A stretch of DNA of 64,000 nucleotides from a virus, in IMG/VR virus record IMGVR_UViG_3300044912_000678, positions 12,364 to 76,363 of that record, one strand, 5' to 3'. The position numbers and the translations under genes are program-made. A model generated the notes under the pieces. It ran no database searches and was not told where the DNA came from. It worked only from the letters and a program-made list of their open reading frames with translations. This document shows positions 56,972 to 64,000 of the stretch, piece after piece. Position 1 is the stretch's first letter; each line of letters starts with the position of its first letter.

Positions 56972-59224
56972 TTAAAATAATTGACACGCACCTCCAGCAC
57001 AAGCAACATTTTCCATAAGCTTAGTGTTATCTTCTTCTTCGTACATGGCAGTATAATCTACATCCTTGTAAACTCTACTCAAATCTTCCCATAATTTATT
57101 GTTGTTTATGTCTTTCAAAAGATAAGTAAGTTCTTTGACATTATTCTGTAAATGTCTTTCGGCAAATTGTTTTGCTCTTCTAACCCAATCTTTTTGTAAG
57201 TTGCAATGAACCCATTCTGATTGTAATTTTTGCATTATTTCATCATTTAATTTTTCTGGAACCTTTGGCTCTTGAACCTCGAAAACACCCAAGGCAGCAT
57301 CACAAGCTCGCCATAAGTTATTATGAAATGCATGAAGTGCATCGACAATCAATCCAGATGCAAAGATGCAACCTTTTCCATATTTAATGACTATTTCGTC
57401 AACTGTAAGAACTCTCGTGAATGGAGCTTGTGGATAATCCAAATCTCCCGTGGAACCAAGCAAAGATATTCCAGCGAAACTTTTTCTATTATCATAAATA
57501 AAGCTTTCAACTGCTGACCATTCATGATCATGAACATTAATGGTATTGCTAACATTGTGAGACAACCAAGGAGCAGCACATATCTCTTTTCTTTTTCCAC
57601 TCTCAATCCAATTTTCTTGTGTGAGTTTTACATATTCAAGCAATTGAATCGCATCAATGTTAGCTTTAGTTAGAGCATCCTTATGAGTCTCTATGAGAAA
57701 ACTTATAACTTTGTCTGTTCCATTTGCACTCCATACGGATGTTTCTATTGCACTTGGATTTATCGTTGAGAAATGTTGAATTGGATTTTCCATAGCGTTA
57801 CTTTGAACTCTACGGATATATCTTTCAGCATGATGTGGATGAATACCACTCGATGTTTGTAAAATACAAGAAGTAGTTCCAGCAGGTTTTACTGTTGTGC
57901 TTCTTGCTGATAAATTAATTCCAATCTTATTTGCAATATCAGCATTTACTTCTAATACCAATCCAGCCATTTCTCTCTGAATAGAAGGATCAAAGCAAAT
58001 CTTAGGATTATCCATCATGCCTGTGATCGAAACACCAAGCAAAGATTCTTTCTTTGTTATGCTTTCACTTATAGAACCCAAATAATCAAACTTTGTATAT
58101 CCAGATTGCAAAGTTCCAATTATAGAAGCAACTCTTACAGCCAAAGCAAAATTTTCTTTTGATGTTAATTTGCTTCCATTTATTTCAGTCAAATTACAAA
58201 ATTGGAATCCAGAGTTTCCAAATTCGTCATATCCACGCAAACTAATTTCGTTGCAAGGATTAAATAATTGTTCGTTAACACAATCCGTCCAAACAATTCC
58301 CGGCTCTCCAAATTGTTTGGTTGATTCAAATAATTTGTGATATTCTTCAAATGTAGTTGTTGCTTTGTCTAGCAAAACCGAATTATTGCTTCTAGCTCTT
58401 TGTGGATTTTCATAATACCAAGACCCAGTTTTTGCAGTCATCATTTCATTGTCTTCTTTAGAAAACAAAACAATAACAGCAGATCTTCTAATTCCACCGC
58501 TAAGAACGCAATCACTTGCATGCAAAAGATAATCCATGCAATCTATTGGTCTAATTTTTCTAAGATTCAATTCCAAACAATTATTCATTAATGAACGGCA
58601 TTTTTCTAAACTATTTTCCAAAGGTTTAGGACCCGGAGCTTTTCCAATTCCATAAGACAAAGGCGAACCTTGAGGTCTTATTTTGGAATAATTGAAAGAT
58701 ACTCTTTTCCCATAATATTCATGAAATTGCAAATGTGGCAAATAAGACGCAAGTAAAACACCAAATGCATCCGCCCATCCTTCTATTGAATCTTCTATTT
58801 CGTAAATCTTTTCTTCGGAAAAATCTTTTGCACTTTTCAAACCATTGTGGAAATTAGGCATTTTATCAACATGATTTTTAGTCACGCTAACGCCAACACC
58901 ACAACCGCAAAGCAAAAGCCAAATCGCTTCTTGAAAAAAACTAGGTCGATCACAATAACCAGCAGAACAATTATAAATTCTAGCTTCTTTTTTCAAAATT
59001 GGAGTTCCACCAAACTGCAATGCTCTTTGACTTCCAAGTGCCACTTTATTATGAACATGCTCAAATGCGAAATTTATCTCATCTGCAACCATGGGAAATT
59101 TTGTCAAATGCATGTTTTTGACACGCTCAATAGCTTCATGCCAAGTTTCTCTTCTTCCTAATTCTTTGTTATAACGAGCATAACGAGAAACGAATGTATA
59201 ATCCGACAATGCTTTAGTTGACAT
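56972..59224 (-). CDS. ribonucleotide reductase catalytic subunit (class II RTPR-like or class I NrdAk-like)
   Basis: RRETW, QRALQFGG, YNC, GGIRRSA, NPCNEI, CNLTE, TVKPAGT, C-terminal CAGGAC; class not resolvable by eye. Confidence 0.9.
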   Translation of the reverse strand: MSTKALSDYTFVSRYARYNKELGRRETWHEAIERVKNMHLTKFPMVADEINFAFEHVHNKVALGSQRALQFGGTPILKKEARIYNCSAGYCDRPSFFQEAIWLLLCGCGVGVSVTKNHVDKMPNFHNGLKSAKDFSEEKIYEIEDSIEGWADAFGVLLASYLPHLQFHEYYGKRVSFNYSKIRPQGSPLSYGIGKAPGPKPLENSLEKCRSLMNNCLELNLRKIRPIDCMDYLLHASDCVLSGGIRRSAVIVLFSKEDNEMMTAKTGSWYYENPQRARSNNSVLLDKATTTFEEYHKLFESTKQFGEPGIVWTDCVNEQLFNPCNEISLRGYDEFGNSGFQFCNLTEINGSKLTSKENFALAVRVASIIGTLQSGYTKFDYLGSISESITKKESLLGVSITGMMDNPKICFDPSIQREMAGLVLEVNADIANKIGINLSARSTTVKPAGTTSCILQTSSGIHPHHAERYIRRVQSNAMENPIQHFSTINPSAIETSVWSANGTDKVISFLIETHKDALTKANIDAIQLLEYVKLTQENWIESGKRKEICAAPWLSHNVSNTINVHDHEWSAVESFIYDNRKSFAGISLLGSTGDLDYPQAPFTRVLTVDEIVIKYGKGCIFASGLIVDALHAFHNNLWRACDAALGVFEVQEPKVPEKLNDEIMQKLQSEWVHCNLQKDWVRRAKQFAERHLQNNVKELTYLLKDINNNKLWEDLSRVYKDVDYTAMYEEEDNTKLMENVACAGGACQLF

Positions 59225-59295
59225 TTGATGCCTCTTTAATTTAATTGTGTTGGGAATATATGTAAGAAAGAAGGTTGAATTTTTTTCAAAAAAAA

Positions 59296-61320
59296 CTATT
59301 TATTTAAAATTGTAAAACCATCTTCATGTATCAAATTTATAGTATCAGCAGTTTCCAGCATTTTTATCAAATCTTTATCATGAGTCGTAATAAATACTTG
59401 CTTTTCTTGTGACAGTTCCTGAATCATATTGTAAATCCCTTGTACGCCTAACGGATCAATATTTGTTGTAACTTCGTCCAAGAAAACAATGGATGGTATG
59501 GTTCCACAACTAATCATCATGATGTCTGCAAATGCCTGAGAAACGGCAAGATTTAATCTTCTACGCTGACCAGCAGACATTGCATGGTAAATATACGGAT
59601 CGCCATTTTGTGGATTTCGTTCTATCGTTTCATTAAATTCATTATCAAACTTAAGTGTAAGCTTATTATCAATCAAGAATTGCAACCAATAAGCAATTCT
59701 GTTGTTGAGTTGTGGTATAATTCCATCAACAACTATCTTTCTAATTCCTTTTTCTCCAAATCCAGCTTGCCAATATTGATAATATTTCAGATTGTCTTCT
59801 GATTCTTTAATAGATTTCGACTTTTCTTGACATGATTCTTCGTTAGTCTTTACAAATTCTTTTTCAGAAACGATGATATCTTCAAATGGACTTTTGCCAT
59901 TTAATTCTTCGTTTTTTGCAGTGATTGAATCTCTTATTTGTGATATCTCCTGCTCCATAAGCAATTCGTAGCTATCAGCCTTTGGTTCCTTAACCTTCAT
60001 TGCAACTGATATTTTATTTCTTTCTAATTTTATCTTTGTTATATGGCTATTTGATAAAGATTCTTTTGTAGAAATAAATTCTTTTATCTTATTTTGTTTA
60101 TCTGCAATATCTTGCATTTTTGTTGAGAGTTCACTGGCACTGGTGATTAGGACAGACAAGTCTCTATTTGCTTCGTCTATTTCTTTTTGATCTTCATCTA
60201 TAACTCTTTTGATATTTTTAGAATCAATAACTCCATAACAATGATCGCAGGTTGATCCATGTTCGTTAGAACCCAATGATGCTATGTGTTGTTTTTTATT
60301 TTCTATAAATCTACGATGTGTATTTACTCCAAGCTTTATTTCTTCTCCTTTGGATCTTAATTCCAAAGCAACTTCTCGTATCTTTTCTTCTTTTTCTTTG
60401 GCTAACTTTATTTTTCCTTGTTCATCTTCAATCAATTTATCTAATTCATCAATAATTTTAGATGATTCTTGTATTGTTTTTTGTGCATCTTGATAGGCAA
60501 GCAATTCTGCTCCATGAGATGTTTTTCCTAATTTTTCTTTTTTATCATCTAATGATTTTTGTAAATTATCAACTTCTGATTTCTTAGTTCTCTTCCAATC
60601 TGATTCTTTTTGTTCTGCTTGTTGTAATCGCCTTTTCGATTGATCTTCGTTAGTTCGAAGAATATCATACTCTCTAGTTAACATCTTTATGTTTGCTGTT
60701 GTTTCAGAAACAAACTTTTTTGCTCTTTCTTGTTTTTCACGATAAGAGGAAAGAGCCAAAAGGTTTTCAACAATTTCTCTTTTTAATGCAGCATTAGCTT
60801 CTAAAAATGACGATGACTGGTCATCTGTGAATATACATATATTTACAAATGCCTCATAAGACAAGCCTATGGAGTCTTCAATTAAGACTTGAGTTTCATC
60901 CATACTGCCAGTTGTTATTTCGGTGGTATCATTCCATTCTTGTGATTCACTTTCCCAAAATTGCAAAGAATTCTTTTTTCGACATCGAACAATTCTGTAA
61001 TTGCCCCATTGCAATTCAACCATACAGTTTTTACCAACAAGATTGTTGATAACACCATCTTTGGTTATTGCTGAAGGCTTCTTAATTGTCTTTCCATACA
61101 ACCCATAAGAGATAATTTCTTGAATGCTGCTCTTTCCAGAGCCATTAGAACTTATCTTTACTTCATCGCAAGTAGGGCTTTCTTCTGTTTTTTTGACATC
61201 TCTATTTTCACCTCTGATGAAAACGATAGATCCATAGTCATCGAATTTTAATTCGATACCTTTGGGTCCAAAACACAAAAAATTCTTAGCAGTCAGATAT
61301 TTAAATTTTAAACTTTTCAT
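59296..61320 (-). CDS. sbcC: SbcC/Rad50-like recombination ATPase (T4 gp46-like)
   Basis: NGSGKSS, coiled coil with CDHC zinc hook, MSAGQRRR, FLDE, ITH. Confidence 0.92.
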   Translation of the reverse strand: MKSLKFKYLTAKNFLCFGPKGIELKFDDYGSIVFIRGENRDVKKTEESPTCDEVKISSNGSGKSSIQEIISYGLYGKTIKKPSAITKDGVINNLVGKNCMVELQWGNYRIVRCRKKNSLQFWESESQEWNDTTEITTGSMDETQVLIEDSIGLSYEAFVNICIFTDDQSSSFLEANAALKREIVENLLALSSYREKQERAKKFVSETTANIKMLTREYDILRTNEDQSKRRLQQAEQKESDWKRTKKSEVDNLQKSLDDKKEKLGKTSHGAELLAYQDAQKTIQESSKIIDELDKLIEDEQGKIKLAKEKEEKIREVALELRSKGEEIKLGVNTHRRFIENKKQHIASLGSNEHGSTCDHCYGVIDSKNIKRVIDEDQKEIDEANRDLSVLITSASELSTKMQDIADKQNKIKEFISTKESLSNSHITKIKLERNKISVAMKVKEPKADSYELLMEQEISQIRDSITAKNEELNGKSPFEDIIVSEKEFVKTNEESCQEKSKSIKESEDNLKYYQYWQAGFGEKGIRKIVVDGIIPQLNNRIAYWLQFLIDNKLTLKFDNEFNETIERNPQNGDPYIYHAMSAGQRRRLNLAVSQAFADIMMISCGTIPSIVFLDEVTTNIDPLGVQGIYNMIQELSQEKQVFITTHDKDLIKMLETADTINLIHEDGFTILNK

Positions 61321-61334
61321 TCTGTAAGGATAAT

Positions 61335-62114
61335 TTATTTTATAAATCTTTTCAAGATTTGATTTGAAAATTTTGTTCGATCCCATTGATGAAAAACGCA
61401 AAACCTATCTTTTTTTTGATTTTCAACCAATCCATCAATCATTTGTACATCATAAGGAAGCAAAAATTCTTTTTCTGCTTCGCCAGTGAGACAAAAGCTA
61501 TCTTTTCGAGGATCGAATAAATGCATCTTTCCGGTAGATTTAAGATTGTTATAAATAAAATTTAAAACCGCTTGGTCTGTACAAAATGGTCTTCCGAGGC
61601 AGTTTGACCACATCAAAAAACAAAAATCAATGATGTTTTTTCTGTAAGAAATACAAACACCACCATTAACTACACACCAATCTGTGTAATTTTCTAAATC
61701 TTCCATTTGATTTTTTTGCAAATTCATTTGATCAATCATATTGAATGAAGATGATTGATGCTCAAATCCCTCACAACAAACTCCAACTGCAAATTCTGGA
61801 CAATATGAGAATGGGTCGTGCTGGAAAAGAATATCTCTAGAGTCAGTAATGATTACCTTGTCACAATTAGATTTAGATAAATATTTCCAAAAAGAATGCC
61901 AACGATTTGTAAATATTTTTTTATTTTTTCGAGGTTCGGTTATTATTTCACAACCATATTCCTCAATTTTTGATATGTATTTAGAATCAATCCCATCCGT
62001 CAAACAAATAAATTTATTATTGAATTTTATTTTAGATATAGATGAAAAGTAAACCTGATATTGATTCCAATTAAGATCATCAATATTGTTAGCCCAAGTT
62101 AGATATAGGTTCAA
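61335..62114 (-). CDS. GT-A-like hypothetical glycosyltransferase
   Basis: ITDSRDILFQ-DPF, VNGG, DQAVLN, HQWDR. Confidence 0.6.
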   Translation of the reverse strand: MNLYLTWANNIDDLNWNQYQVYFSSISKIKFNNKFICLTDGIDSKYISKIEEYGCEIITEPRKNKKIFTNRWHSFWKYLSKSNCDKVIITDSRDILFQHDPFSYCPEFAVGVCCEGFEHQSSSFNMIDQMNLQKNQMEDLENYTDWCVVNGGVCISYRKNIIDFCFLMWSNCLGRPFCTDQAVLNFIYNNLKSTGKMHLFDPRKDSFCLTGEAEKEFLLPYDVQMIDGLVENQKKDRFCVFHQWDRTKFSNQILKRFIK

Positions 62115-62818
62115 TTACTTTTCTTCCTTACAAGAAAATTTTTCATAGTTGTCTTTGGATGACCATAAAATTCAAATTGCCACTTTTCATATAAGTCTGG
62201 ATATTTTTTTTGGAAGGAGAAGTCCAGATCAGAGATATTATCAGTAACCTGCTTAATACTACGATTGTAATGAATAAATTTTGGCTTTACATCAGAAGAC
62301 AATCTATTAGGTTCTAAGCAATTCCAAATATTATCGATCTGAGCTATTCTTTTATTGAAATTGACAAAACCAGATATGGAATGTTCAAATTGAAAGAACT
62401 TTTCAAAGGTTCTATAGTCACGATACATTTGCCATCCAAAGTTAGAACCATAACAAAAGCCCATGTTATAATCACTGGCAAACATTAAGTATTCATCAGT
62501 TTTTATTTCAAATAAATCAGAGATGTCATCATTGAAATAACCATCTATGTCAAAATAAGAAAACATTCCTTGACTATGAGCCTGTAACTCAGAGATGGTA
62601 TCAAATACCTCTCGTCTTTTATCAGTGACATTTTTCTTAGACAGAACAACGATATTGTTTAATTTTAAAACATCTATAATTTTTTGATTTTCGATGTCAA
62701 AGGCAAGCAAAATAACCATGCCATCAAAATTTGCAATTTCCTTGAGGGATGCAAACCAAGAAATGCCATATTTCACAAAATAAGCTTCATCAAATGAAGA
62801 TACTAAAAATTTATTCAA
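62111..62818 (-). CDS. GT8-like hypothetical glycosyltransferase
   Basis: DEAYF, YFDIDG-F-DDISDLF, IWN, FIHY; TTG start with AGGAG RBS. Confidence 0.5.
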   Translation of the reverse strand: MNKFLVSSFDEAYFVKYGISWFASLKEIANFDGMVILLAFDIENQKIIDVLKLNNIVVLSKKNVTDKRREVFDTISELQAHSQGMFSYFDIDGYFNDDISDLFEIKTDEYLMFASDYNMGFCYGSNFGWQMYRDYRTFEKFFQFEHSISGFVNFNKRIAQIDNIWNCLEPNRLSSDVKPKFIHYNRSIKQVTDNISDLDFSFQKKYPDLYEKWQFEFYGHPKTTMKNFLVRKKSN

Positions 62819-63873
62819 CTTATCTCCTTCTCGCAAATGATTTTTCCAATCTGTATAAGCTTATCTCTATCAAGATCGCCAGTGCCAACAATGTCAACAT
62901 ACTGAGTGATCATTTCGTCTTCTTTAAATATTATTGCCTTTGCATTATCAATAGAATCAATATCAATTTTTCTTTTCTGTTGTCTAATTTCAAGACTTCC
63001 CAAATTTTTATCCTTAGATATGTCTTTACGCATATCCAACAAATCTGTGGCGGAGATATCATCTACAACAACTCGAACGAAATTCTTATCTAAATCATAT
63101 TTTTCTATGTCCTCTGGAGATATGACAAGGTGTTTTGGCGAAAAATCATTTGTTATATATTCTTTTTTCCCACTCTTACAATTTAAAATAATAATATGTT
63201 TTTCTTGGAATGCCTCTCCAAAAGAAAGTTCAAGAGGAGAACCAATGTATTCAACATTAGGCTCCAGAACTTGAGAGCAATGATAATGACCAAGATATAC
63301 ATGTTTGTACTTTTTAAACAAATTTGGGCTAATCTTTACCATCTCGCCATCATGCTCTATTGCAACATCTGCAATTGAACTTCCATGTAAAATAGCACCA
63401 TCAATAGCCAAATGACCAAGAGCGTACTTTGGATCTCCATTTTCACTATCGAGTTTTGTTATTGCACTAATTGGATCATGCGTAAAAGGAATCATATCCC
63501 ATAGACTTTCCTCTATATTCAACCTAAGAGGCTTATCAATAACTTTAACATTTGGCAAAGACGACAAAGGAGTGACACTACTGATGGAAGTTTGGTCGTT
63601 GAACCAAAGGTCATGATTTCCCAAAACAAGATATAAATGAAAAATATCTTTTTTCAGCCACTTCTGTAAAATTTCAAAAGTTTTTTGGTATGTGTAAACA
63701 TCTATTTTCTGGCGATCATGAAAAAGATCTCCACCAAATAGAATTGATTTTATTTTTCTTTTTTCTGCGGTTTCAAAAACCCAATCAAGAACCTTGAGAC
63801 AATCTTCCAGTCTCTCATTTCTTCTTTTGTGTGGGTGTATATGGATATCTGTAAAAAGCAAAACTTCATTCAT
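62815..63873 (-). CDS. sbcD: SbcD/Mre11-like nuclease (T4 gp47-like)
   Basis: TDIH, GDLFH, GNHD, GH, LGHYH, YIGSP--LSFGE. Confidence 0.92.
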   Translation of the reverse strand: MNEVLLFTDIHIHPHKRRNERLEDCLKVLDWVFETAEKRKIKSILFGGDLFHDRQKIDVYTYQKTFEILQKWLKKDIFHLYLVLGNHDLWFNDQTSISSVTPLSSLPNVKVIDKPLRLNIEESLWDMIPFTHDPISAITKLDSENGDPKYALGHLAIDGAILHGSSIADVAIEHDGEMVKISPNLFKKYKHVYLGHYHCSQVLEPNVEYIGSPLELSFGEAFQEKHIIILNCKSGKKEYITNDFSPKHLVISPEDIEKYDLDKNFVRVVVDDISATDLLDMRKDISKDKNLGSLEIRQQKRKIDIDSIDNAKAIIFKEDEMITQYVDIVGTGDLDRDKLIQIGKIICEKEIS

Positions 63874-63928
63874 TGATAAAATCTCCATTAGTTTTATAAA
63901 CTAAACTAAAAATGGATATAAATCAATG

Positions 63929-64000
63929 CTATTTAGGTTGTTCTATTTCTTTTGGTTGCTCTTTTGGTTGCTCTGGCTGATCTTTTGGTTGGTTTGGCTG
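63929..64000 (-). CDS. C-terminal fragment of a QPK-repeat protein (partial)
   Basis: ...QPNQPKDQPEQPKEQPKEIEQPK followed by TAG at 63929. Confidence 0.5.
   Translation of the reverse strand, partial: QPNQPKDQPEQPKEQPKEIEQPK

Noticed and set aside
900-63378. Numerous short antisense or overlapping ORFs in the track (e.g. 900-1334, 23620-24099, 62906-63274)
   Set aside because: They overlap well-supported genes on the other strand or frame and lack motifs or RBS
1-64000. Stop-codon reassignment
   Set aside because: Conserved genes are full length in code 11, and TAA, TAG and TGA all end genes
1-64000. tRNA, rRNA, self-splicing introns, inteins, IS elements
   Set aside because: Intergenic gaps are short and no cloverleaf, intein or transposase motifs were recognised by eye; tRNAscan/Infernal not run

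Overview
AT-rich, densely coded 64-kb segment of a large T4-related (probably jumbo) myovirus genome, read in the standard genetic code with frequent strand switches. Morphogenesis genes: neck gp13/gp14-like, gp15-like tail terminator, contractile sheath, two tail tubes and a gp26-like hub/chaperone with a probable -1 frameshift extension. Other core genes: a gp55-like late sigma factor, an SbcD/SbcC (gp47/gp46) pair, a Holliday junction resolvase, a ribonucleotide reductase alpha subunit, CTP synthase and a MoxR/VWA pair. Accessory load: about 8 glycosyltransferase-like genes plus nucleotide-sugar enzymes, several proteases, a COOH-NH2 ligase, a class II amidotransferase, McsA-like and STAS proteins. 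Capsid, portal, terminase and tape measure genes are not in the window. Most notable: (1) four tandem, terminator-separated genes sharing an N-terminal MGATS-x-(E)G-x-G-x-GS peptide fused to unrelated fibre-like bodies; (2) about 14 unrelated proteins with a T4 capsid-targeting-like N-terminus; (3) TA(A/T)ATA late promoters 4-5 nt before ATG, suggesting leaderless mRNAs; (4) a slippery-site gp26/gp51-like fusion; (5) apparently dead Dam and LAGLIDADG proteins; (6) hints of a Planctomycetota host. All family calls come from motif recognition by eye; no searches were run.
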